Source: Carcharhinus amblyrhynchos (Eukaryota). Taken from it: a DNA stretch of 64,000 nt. Under the pieces are notes generated by a model. The model did not search any database. It was not told the DNA's origin and worked only from the letters and a program-made list of their open reading frames with translations. The stretch covers positions 78,802,001-78,866,000 of the forward strand of contig OZ336874.1 in NCBI GenBank assembly GCA_965287045.1, given 5' to 3'. How positions within the stretch are numbered: the first letter of the stretch is position 1; each line of letters begins with the position of its first letter. The position numbers were made by a program, and so were the translations under genes. This document shows positions 13,101 through 25,100 of this stretch, piece after piece.

Positions 13101-16100
13101 ATTTGACGTCTCTTTTATGCTGGAAAATAGGTGTGAACACAGAAACAGAAATCAAATGTAAGCATGTCTTTTCCGGCTTTATCTATGTATATTTTAAGCA
13201 CACCATCGCAAATACGTTCGCCAGCTCCACATCCCCTAAACATTAACCTCTGAAAATAGTGGGTGATCAAAAATAAGACTTACCTTTTGTCCTTGTTATT
13301 GGGAGGTGTGATACTGGAAATCTGACACTCATATCGGACACACTCAAGAACACTACCGTGCTCTCTCACACACTCACATCCCTCTCACACACACACACAC
13401 CTTTCTCTCACACTCACCGTTCTCTCTCTCACACACACACAGTTACCGCTTTCTTTCACACACACTCTAGCCCCCTCTCTCGCGCACTCGCCACCCCCCC
13501 CCCCACACGCACTCCACTCCCTCTCACACACTCTCTGCTCTCTCTCACACACTCACCAGGCTCTCTCTCTTACACACACTCTTATCCCTCCCCTGAATCA
13601 GTTGCATTGCACATTTCTCTCCTCTTCTGACCCAAACCTTGTGAGAAATGTGTAGCTCCCAATCTGGGTAAGTACAGGAATGGAGTGACAAGCAACTGTG
13701 ATTCCCACTCATCAAAAATTCTGGTCCCTTATTGTTGTTTCATGAGTTCAAACTCCACAATGCAAATAGCAATTGATAAAAATGACGCAACTTGCAGGAT
13801 TTCCGTCCATGGAAACTAACCATATTGTCCAAAATAATTGTTTCAAAATATTATATAATATTTGAATTCTATATGAAAGCTCATAATGCTGCTTAATTTA
13901 CTATGTTATTTAATAAATACAACAATGGTAGCACAGTGGTTAGCACTGCTGCCTCATAGCTCCAGGAGCCCAGGTTCAATTCCGGCCTCGGGTCACTGTC
14001 TGTGTGGAGTTTGCATTTTCTCCCTGTGTCTGTGTGGGTTTCCTCCAGGTGCTCCGGTTTCCTCCCACAATCCAAAGATGTGTGGGTTAGGTGCATTGGT
14101 CATGCTAAATTGCCCCTTAAAGTCCCAGGATGTGTAGATTAGAGAGATTAGTGGGGTAATTAGATGGGATTATGGGGATAGGGCCTGGGTGGGATTATTG
14201 TCAATGCAGACTCAATGGGCCAAATGGCCTCCTTCTGCACTATAGGATTCTATATTTCTAAGAATAAATGATCTATTTGTGCTATGAATGAATACTTTTA
14301 AAATTATTTTTCAATTTTCATTAGTTATTCCATTATTTATACATCTCTTTATTAATTGAACCAGAAATGTGAAAAATTAAATTAAATTTCTGGCTCCATC
14401 AAATTTCAAATATAAACAGCTTATCTAACTTTTATTGATTGACCTTTCTTTTGGAGAAGGGATATTGGTTACCCCCATAGTCATCTCCTCTTCCTGCTCG
14501 AAGAGCGAGCATAAATAATGTTAAATCTTGTGAAAAAAATTACACTTTAAAAATTGTGATTCTGTTTGCACATTTTGATTTATCATTGTCACATGTATTA
14601 GTATACAGTGAAAAGTATTGTTTCTTGCACACTATACCAAGAAAGCATACCATACATAGAGTACATAGGAGAGAAGGAAAGAAAGGACAGAGTGCAGAAT
14701 ATAGCATTTACAGTCATAGTAGGTAGGGTATAGGGAAAGATCAACTTAATATACAACTTAATATATAATATATAATACACCAACTTCAAAAGTCTGGTGG
14801 CAAGAAATTGAAATAGGACATTATTGGACAGTTTAAAAGTATTAGAGTACAGTTTTAAAATTGTAGAACGAGAGGTAAAGATAGAATTAGAGGGTATGTT
14901 AGGAACAGCGAGGGGGATTGAATATAGCGAGGGGGATTGAATATAAAAGGGAGGTCTTGCTGCAGCTGTATAGGGCACTGGTGAGGCCGCAGCTGGAGTA
15001 CTGTGTGCAGTTTTGGTCGCCGCACTTACGCAAGGATATTTTGGCCTTGGAGGGAGTGCAGAGGAGGTTTACTAGGCTGATACCGGAGTTGAGGGTGTTG
15101 AACTATGAGGAGAGGCTGAATAAACTAGGCTTGTACTCGTTAGAGTTTAGAAGAATGAGGGGAGATCTCATTGAGACGTATAAGATGTTGAATGGGATGG
15201 ATAGGATAGAGGTGGAGAGGCTCTTCCCGCTCAGAAAGGACAGTAGGACTAGAGGGCACAGCCTCAAAATAAAGGGGAGGTGGTTTAGAACACAGTTGAG
15301 GAGGAACTTCTTCACTCAAAGGGTGGTGAATCTCTGGAATTCTCTGCCCGTTGAAGTGGTGGAGGCTGCCTCGCTCAATATTTTTAAGACGCGGGTTGAT
15401 AGGTTTTTGATAGGCCAGGGGATTAAGGGTTATGGGGAGAGGGCGGGAATGTGGAATTGAGCCACGACAGATCAGCCATGATCTTATTGAATGGCGGGGC
15501 AGGCTCGAGGGGCTAGATGGCCTACTCCTGCTCCTATTTCTTATGTTCTTATGTTAACAGCTCACAAGAAGTCACAAAGCTCCGGCACCATCCTAAAAGA
15601 TTTTGTTGCACAGGAGTAGCAGAAATCTTAAGAAATTAATTAGGAAGCTCCAGAAATGTTCTATAGGGACAAAGGCTGAAAACCTCAGATTGCATCTGTG
15701 GCTGGGATTCTCCAGTGCCGCTGCAGGGAATGGGGTTGTAGCTGAGTGCCAAATTCTCTATTCTCATTGGCAGTGGGGTGGGAATGAAAAAGATCAGAGA
15801 ATTTCCCTATAATGTTAAAAGTGAAAATTTATCTGAGGAAGTATCAGGGAAAGTACCAAACGTGAGTGTTGCTGAACAAAGAGACTCATTGTCAAAGTTT
15901 TTCATTTTGCACTCCTCAGGAAAGCTGCACAGATACAAAATTTCAAAGGGAAAAACAATTTATACTGCGTGAGAAATGGGTGCTGATTGATTGGCTTGTG
16001 GACACTTAGTCGAGGTGTTGCCATGGAGCATGCACAGTTGTCCCCCAAGCTTTTGTTTAAATTCCTGCCAACTCAAGATGTCCACCAACAGCACTTCTGT

Positions 16101-19100
16101 GCATGAATATTGCTCTGCATGTGCGCATGCAGAGATCCAAAGTTGTCACTGCTGTGCCCACTCTGCCAGGACCACTTCGCGCTTGCACTGATGATGTAAT
16201 TGTGCACAGACAAGCACACTGACAGGAGAAGAATCGTGCAGTGCGAATGTCTTTTTTTTAGCTATGTAGGGAGAGAGACTTGCAACCTAATCGGCAATGG
16301 CTGCCACACACAGCCACCATGAAACCTGACAGTTTCCACGGGGATCACTCCTATACTTCTCTATCTCTGATATTTTCTCCAGTATCTACAGCTATCACTA
16401 ACCTATCCAGACCTTACATGCTTCCCTATCTTTATGACCTTCTCCAACCCCTGCAACCCTTTGTGATGTGTGTGTTCCTACAATTCCTGCCTCTATTATT
16501 CTTTATTGCTCCTAAATCAGCGCTTGTGTTTTCAGCTGCTAAATCTCTCATGTCTAGAATCAACCTCCTTAACTCTCCATTCCAAGACTCACTCTATCAA
16601 AACTAAATTTGCAGAACTAATTTTATTTTGGATGATTACAGATTCATACATTTCACTATTCTACTGTGTGTGCACATTAAAAGGATGCAGCTGCCCAACT
16701 GTGATAATCTCAGCAATGTAATCTTTGATCCTGGCTACTGCCTACTCTGTTGTTTCAAATGATGTCACAACACATCATGCTCAAATTCCACATGCACAGA
16801 GCTTGCACAGAGCACACAGACTGTGCAGAGAGCATGCAGGGAGCACGCAAGCAGCATGCACTCAGCATGCACAGAGCATGAATGGAGCATGCATACGGGA
16901 CATACCAGTCATGCACAGAACATGCTCGGAGTACACACTGAGCACACATAGAGTATGCACAGGACATGTGCAGAGCACGTACAGCATTCTTAGGAAATAC
17001 AGCCAAATTCAAAAAAGACGTCAACTCTGTTCAGTCAAGGAGAATGCACCAGGGATCAATTGCCGCCATTCCCCGCCCCCCCCACCCCATGTTTCTGGTC
17101 AATTGAAAAAGGCACAATGCCGAGAAATATTCTTTCTGCTTGCCAGAAGCTACATATTTTAAATGTAAAGCTCAGTCCCAGTTCCCTTTTTTGACTTTAG
17201 AATTCTTACTTTCTCAGGCATGGCAACTACTTTATTATTTCACAGATATACAGTGTAAAATGGAGGTACTTTTACAATTACTTCACAGGATCTGTGTTTA
17301 ATTTTTCATTTTTGATTTACATGTTTTCCCTTTCCTGAAATGTTGAACAGAGGAAGCATATATCCTGGTTAGCTAGTGACATAAATATTTCCATATTTGA
17401 CAGGCATCTGACACGTAACCACTTATGGCTTCAACGTGCCCTGAAACCTGAGCCATCTGCATTTTCAAAATCATGTGGAACAGTAATCCTATAAATACGT
17501 TAAATCCAAAAACTCAATATGCACTTCTACGTCCGTCTGTGACCTTGAATGACTTTGAACCGACATAGCAATGAGATATCAATGACTAGGAACAATTATT
17601 TCACTTTGTCCACCCAACCACTCATATGGATTTTCTGTCTGAGATATCAATGTGAAGTCAGTCTATGTCTAATTGTACTACAGCTTCATACTCACTGGGA
17701 AAAGATCACAGACTGACATTTCATAATGGATATTTACTGTTTCCAGAGAATGGAGCACCTCATCCCCTTCAGACCAGATTGGATGCAAATATCAATGTGC
17801 TACCTCACTGTATAGTCCAGCTTCCCTCACTCATAATTCTGATTGATGATTTATGATATCAGAAATTTCCTATGAATCCATATTCCTGACATGGAATAAT
17901 AATGTCTGTTTCCTCTGGGTACTCCAGTTTCCTTCCACAGTCCAAAAGGCATGCTGATTAGATGCATTGGCCGTGCTAAATTCTCCCTCAGTGTACCCAA
18001 ATAGGCGCCGGAGTGTGGCGACTAGGGGGATTATCATATTAATTATTATGTTAATATAATCTTACTTGTGACACCAATAAAATAAAGTTTAAACTTTTAT
18101 TGTGAACACATCCTGCAGAACACACAGCCACTAATGAATAAAAAACATGCTAAAGATCTTGAGATGAATTTCATTGGGGATTGTCACAATCATTCAGGTT
18201 ATTTATATGCGCTAAATGCAAATAATGAAATGTGCACAATGATATTTGCATCCAAAATTAATGTAAAATATTGAATGTTGCTCTAATAATTTGTTTTTAA
18301 CTTGAAATAAATTGTAGGTCCAAATGTTAGAGAAGGATTATGATCACTAAATCCAGTCAAGATTATGATCACTAAGCTATTATTATGAAAGTCATGTACA
18401 TGCAGTTTTTATAGTTATTTCTGTTTTCTCTTTATGGTGTGCAGTAAACTCAGAGGACACACGTTCCGTGGATCTGGCCCAAGTCCGGGCTGAGAGTGAG
18501 CAAAGGGGAATTTACACTGAAACTTTTAATGCCATTTCCTGGATCTTCAGAGGTGATGAGAGCAACTCCGACAATACTCCCCGTTGTCTTGGAAAGAGAT
18601 CCCGACCTGTAGCAAGTAATATATTTACACAATTTTATGCAATTTATTAAAGCAATTGCTATTTTTTCTTAAAATAATAGTTCCATAATTTAAAACAAAA
18701 ATTAGAATACAATATCCTACAGCTGAGCTGCGCCTGGAGTCCAAGTGCATCTTAGTGAAGGCACTTGCTTGAGCCAAATTTGCTATGTAAGTGAGCATTA
18801 TACTACAACATAGAGATGAAGGCAAAGGGTTAACAGATGTGATATGCTCATGTATGACGTAGGTGATGAGATTAACCATATGTTAGATTTGAGAGAGAGA
18901 GAGAGAGAGAGAGAGGTTGGAACGCTGTATCAAGGAGCAACATGCCTACTCTGAAATCTATATGGTTGTCGTGAATGAACAAGTATTAAGCAGATACCAG
19001 AGTATGTGTACAGTCTGCCTAGTAACCAAGTACCTTGTTTAGAGTCCTCAGAACCATTTCAGAATATGGTGGCAGCAATGGAGACATTGATGTAAAACAT

Positions 19101-22100
19101 GCATTGGTGTTACTGAAGGAAACACAAAGTGAAAAAAAAACTCAATAGCATAGCCTAACATCTCAATAGAAGCAGGAGTCACACTGGAAATGACCATATA
19201 TTGTGAAGCCCCTATCCCTACACATCCCCCCACTCCCTTTTCATTGTCTTGGGGGCCCACAGGGAGAATAGAATTGGTAATTACGGAAATACTATTCATT
19301 TCCTATGCTATCAAGCATTATTGGGCCTACATGCTAAAGAACAGAAGCATCAAGTCATTCCAATCTTTATGCTGTAAGTCCAGTAGCAGACACCATTCTC
19401 CTTTAGGCAGGAAGTGGAGTAGTACATTGTGAACTTTGAGACCATTCTCAAAGCCTTTAGCCCAAAGTGAAATTAGTTATTGTACCAGCATGTTTTAACC
19501 AAAGGTTTCAACGAGTTAGGAAGTCAATTGAATTACTTTTAACCAACCTAGCTAGTTCTTGGCTGAAGTATGACTTAATCCGTGATCACATTGGGATGAA
19601 AAACTCTCCAACTTTCTCCAGACCAAAAATGATCTTACATTGTTGGTTCAAGTGGTCCAGTATCCGAGCTTAGAGAATTTAACCAGCGTGGTTCTGTGAA
19701 ACCAGCAATTTGGCATGACTCTAAAGCTTCACATTACTCTGTTGGTTGAATAGGCCCACAGGCAAAGGCCTCACCCATTTGAAAGGCCACCAAACTGGGC
19801 AAAAGGGCAGGAAACCCTGCATCAGCAGCCATTTTGAGATGCTTGTGGTACAAATATCCAACATCGACACCAGGAGTGCCCAGCAGGAGGTGCAGAATGC
19901 TCTCAATGCAACAAAACTGAATATGTTAAACATTTCTGCAAATCCAACAACATTAATTGATGTAGAAGACAAGAAAATATTTATGAAACATATTCCATAT
20001 TCCATCCAAAAAAATTGAAATCTAGGTAAAAACAAAATGACAGAGTTCGTAGGGAAAGTTAACCGGATATTGGTCAGCTCTAGTGCCAGTTTGAGGCTTC
20101 AATGCTCAAATTGAAGCTCATCTTTCAAATTGATACTGGAACTGTTGTAAACATTTAAGATGATGATTTCAATTAGCTTCAGCCATCAACCCTTCGTCCA
20201 TCAGATATCAAATTACAAGGTCCAAATTACAACGTATGGCACTGACCTTCAAATTAAAGGCAGGACTATTATTCCTCTTCACTGCAAGGGGCAACAGACT
20301 TTTGATTCTCTCTCTGTTATCCACAATCAATATACACCTTTATTGAGTGGCAATGTTGGCATGCTACTAGGAATCATAAAAAGAACCAGATGATGCCCAG
20401 CATTAGAACGACTTACCATCTTTCATGGAATAGTCTTCAACCTTTTGTTTCGAACCAGTGAATCTTCAGCCTTCAGCAGCTGAGGACCTTTATTCACTAG
20501 GCAGCAAGTTCCTTTCTTCCACAGAGGTACGATCCACTAGGCCCCCAGCAGAGATTGAAGTTATGGATATCTCAGTTCTTCTTGAAATTGGGCCAAAGGT
20601 GGGCAGAAACAAAAGGCACTGTGGCACATGGCAACAATCTACATGAAGACCTGAATTGGCTCTTCCCAGAAGAAACTAATGAGGAAGACGTTGCAGCAAC
20701 TGAGTGAAGTGTTGGTGAACAAAGTCTTAAAAGTTGAGAAGTGCACCATGAAAAGCCTCTGTTGTTTTGGAGTCAGTTGTGTTCCTAGTGGCTAAGCAGT
20801 ATTCAGACCTTTATTCCACTGAATCTAATTTATCTCTCATTGTTCAGGAAGAGACTTCCAGACAGAATGCCTTGCCCGATTCTATTTCAAAGATCATAGA
20901 GAATCACACTGCCAAAGAGCTGGACCTTCCAGTAGTGAAAGTCAAGTGAAACCTTTACCCAGCTGGAAGACTTCTTCCCTCTGGAGCAGCACCTCAGCAC
21001 AAAAGCCACAGCAGAATCTTTAATATTTCTGCAGCTCCAGAATCCTGTAGAGCAATTTTGTTTCCAAGTTAATCATCTACAGGAAATTCATTCCATCACA
21101 GAAGATGGTGCAGTCTTGTTTCCATATCCTCAGCTTTTCCTGAAAGGCTTACAGGAATTTTGTTTTTTTTCCCTGTTTGTTGTCCATATTCATTGAAATC
21201 TCAGATATTCAATATCTTTTCAGTCTGTGATGCGGCAGTGGATGATGTGGCTGTGACAGTCTTTCCTGGAGTTAAAGATCATTCATCTTCTATAGGTCTT
21301 TCCCTGAGTGCTTCGAGGGAGCAATAAGTTCCTCAGAGAATCCTGAGTCCTCTCTTCTAGACCAAGAGAGTCCAAAGCTTGATGCTCTTCAGTCTTCTCT
21401 CTTGGATCAGTTTTTTATTGAACAGTCATTACTGTCATGACAGTTTAATCATCCAACACTCTGCTTCCCAGCAACGCTGCTATAATGCTGCTCCATTCTG
21501 CTGCTACTGATGTCCGCTAAGACAAAGAAGAAACTCTCAGGTTTCCCAGACCTTTTTCAGGGAGGCAGTGGTGTAGTGGTATTGTCACTGGACCAGTAAA
21601 AGAGACCTAGTTCAATACTCAGGTGACATGGGTTCAAGTCTTACTGGAGCAGCTGGCAAAATTTAAATTCAGTTATTATTAATATAGGCCAATTGTGACC
21701 ACAAAATTGTCAATTGTTGTAAAAACCCACATGATGCACTGATGTTCTTTATGGGCGGCACAGTAGCACAGTGGTTAGCACTGCTGTTTCACAGTTCCAG
21801 GGACCTGGGTTCGATCCCCAGCTTGGGTCACTGTCTGCTTGGAGTTTGCACATTCTCCTCGTGTCTGCATGGCTTTCCTCCAGGTGCTCCGGTTTCCTCC
21901 CACAGTCCAAAGATGTGCGGGTTAGGTTGATAGGCCGTGCTAAAATTGCCCCTTAGTGTCCTGAGATGTGTAGGTTAGAGGGATTAGTGGGAAAAATATG
22001 TAGGGATATGGGGGAAGGGCCTGAGTAGGATTGTGGTCAGTGCAGACTCAATGGGCCGAATGGCCTCTTTTTGCACTGCAGGGTTCTATGATGCTATGAA

Positions 22101-25100
22101 GATGCCTTCCCTGGGGACCAAGAATGCTGTGGGAGACTGAATTCCTCAGGACTAATTTGAAGAGGAGCAAGAGTAGAAATTGGAGTTGGTTAGAATCTGT
22201 AGTTGTAAAAAGGCAGTTACAGAAATACAATGTAAACAGTTAGAGACATAGATCAAAATTTTCGGGCCATTCCCCCAGTGGGATCTTCCTGTCCTGCCTC
22301 TGACCAATGGTTGGCCACCGACATGAATCACGTCAGGGAGGGAGGGGGCAGAAAATCTCATCCGTAGTTTCATGTTGCTGTTAAAAAATTGGATAATGTA
22401 CCTGGGATGGGGGAATGTATTATAAAATGGTAACAGAATGGATAGGCTAACGTATGGTGTAGATGATGATGCATCGCTATGATCATTAATCATGTGTTAG
22501 ACTCGAGAGAGAGAGGTGGGAACGTCATGCCCATAAGCAGCACACCTACTCTGTTTAGAACTAATACCAATAAACACTGTTGAGCAGATACTAGATTATG
22601 TCTATAGTATGTCATAGTCCCCAGATAAGAAGGACCATGTCAGAACATATATAGCCTCCATGTGTGCAACTGTGAACTAACTAATGTGTTATACAACTTT
22701 AACATCATTCATTTATTTCAAAAAATGAATTTTATAATTCATAAAAGTGTCTTGCAAAACAATTAAAATATATTACATAAAGTGCAATATAGACTAATTT
22801 TGTTCAATGCTGTGCATGGTGCTCTAAGGTGCCTCACTCCATTGATATTACAGGTAATATTTATGTTAATAGTTAATTAAAAACATTTTCCAATATACAA
22901 ATGTAACCCAAGGTGTTTCCCTGGACTCCAGCCCCTATGTATACTATGGTGGGTGGGACCTATAATGTGCCCTTGCCTAGTCAGACATTGTAAAACTGTG
23001 TTCTTCACGTGGTTGTCCTTGACCTTGAAACAGGTCAATCTGCAGCACTCAGTACTGGACAGCTCCTTACACTCAAAGACTAGTAGGCTTCAGCAGAACA
23101 AAAAGCATCTTTCACTGAGTTAATGGCCTTCTGCCAAACTGCATCCACCAGCTGTTGAATGGGAGGTCCTGTGATCTAAGTTTCAGCAAGGCTTCTCATA
23201 CTGCAGCAGATACAAGATTAGTCCATAATATTGAAAATAATGAAAGCGGTAGGCAGTTACTGAAGTGGATTATCAACCAATTCCATTAGGGAAACAGAGG
23301 GTAGTCAAGCAAGGAACTACATCAGAATGATAGGATGTGATGTGCAGTTCTCCAAAGAGCAGTACTGGGACCTTTCACTATTTTTGAATGATATAGAGGT
23401 AAACTTGTCAAAGTTGCCTAAAGACATCAAGACAAAGGGGTTGAAAACAATCTGATCAGGTGCAGAGGATCTGAATGGATTGGGAGATTGTTCCAATAAA
23501 TTACAGATGAAATTTAATGTTAATATATCAAAGTAATAAAATTGTAGAAGGGGGGTAAACATTAGAAGTATAAACTAAATGGTGTTATTCAACAGACTAC
23601 AGCATGGAGAATAGATTTAGGAGCATTGGTGTCATCACCACGGTTGAAACCATTGGCACTGTTTGTAGCATCAGTAACCAAGAGAAATGAGACAAATGAA
23701 TCTGGCTTTATAACACATGACATAAAACATAAATCATGGAATGTAATATTGAGCATCGATAGGGAGCTGGTTCATCCCCATCTGGAGTACCGTATGCAGT
23801 TCTAGTTGTCACGCTAAAGAAAGGACATAAAGCAACAGAAAAGCAAAGAGTTGTAGATTTGTCGATGTTGTTTTGTATTTAAATGAAACATTTCTTGCAC
23901 AACAAAACTCAAATGGTGAACTGAATTAATAATTAGCTCAAACTTTTTTGATAGCCTTGGTTGAGGGAGAAATGTTGACCAGGACATCAGATAACTCACT
24001 AACCCTTCTTGGAGTAGTGTCATAGAACCTTAGACAGTCAAGTGGGTCCTTACTTTAATATCTCTTTCAGAAAACAGTGTGGCATTCCCTCTATGATGTT
24101 CCAGAGTATCAGCCTCAAGTGTTGAAGGAAGGATCTGAAACGATGATCCTCTCACTTAGTATAGCCTGTTCTTGACCTGATCTTCTTTAACTTTGGTCTT
24201 TTCCAGGCTGCCACAGGGATTGTCAATTACATCAGTCAGTCTTCCATGCACACATCCGTTCATGTGTCTGCACATCTGTGACATATTTGTTTGCATTATC
24301 TTCCACAGTTCGGGAACGGACAGTGAAGATTGCCAAAGGAACTGGTGACTATCCCTGGGGATTTAGGATTCAATGTTCGAAACCCATTCGCGTCACAGAA
24401 GTTGACACAAGTGAGTTATGGGAACTATGTTTAAATATATTGGCAAGATAATCTCCTCTGCTGAGGTTAACCAGAATTTGAAATTCAGAAAATGTATAGG
24501 AGGCAACTTTTAACTTTAGCAGGGGAGGTAAACTGGTGACAGTGAACTAGATACATGTTATACACACTTCCTTCAATAAAAAGTGAAATTGCATGGGGTA
24601 GGCAATTAGTTACACACTGTTTCTACTGATGCCAAATTTGCTAGATACCACCATAATTAAAACTATTTTAATGGTGCAGTCTACTCAACAACACTGTAGT
24701 GCCAAATAGAATGCAGGGCTGTACAATTCACCCTTAATCTCTGATGTACTACCATGAAATGTGCCATGCGCAACTGCTGCCCAACATCAGGGAGGGAGAA
24801 AATGAGCAAATTGAATTCAAATTTTATTGTTTATTCAGAAATTCATTCTGAATACATTGCTTGTTTGTTAAAAAAACACTTTAAATGCATAATTAATAAT
24901 GAAAAACAAAAATTACATCATCACAAAAATCTGATTTTGATTTTATCATTGATGAGAGTAAACTGAAACGATGAAGAATTAAATCCCGTGTCGCTGTGGT
25001 GCAACACCATCTTACATCCATTTCAGCCTGAGGAGGGCTCTAATATTTAAGCTTCTAAACTTGGGTGTTTCTCTGCTTTTTGAGATGTTTTTTGATCCAT

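Noticed and set aside
13925-14000. tRNA genes at A/B-box-like sequences (here and at other SINE heads)
   Set aside because: Each runs directly into a V-domain and lacks a complete cloverleaf; they are SINE heads.
16725-17162. 145-aa His/Ala-rich ORF
   Set aside because: Arises from a degenerate tandem repeat; no splice or homology support.
18334-18376. Duplicated gattatgatcactaa with a GGATTA (OTX/CRX-type) site near exon 4
   Set aside because: A short local duplication; such hexamers are frequent by chance in AT-rich DNA.
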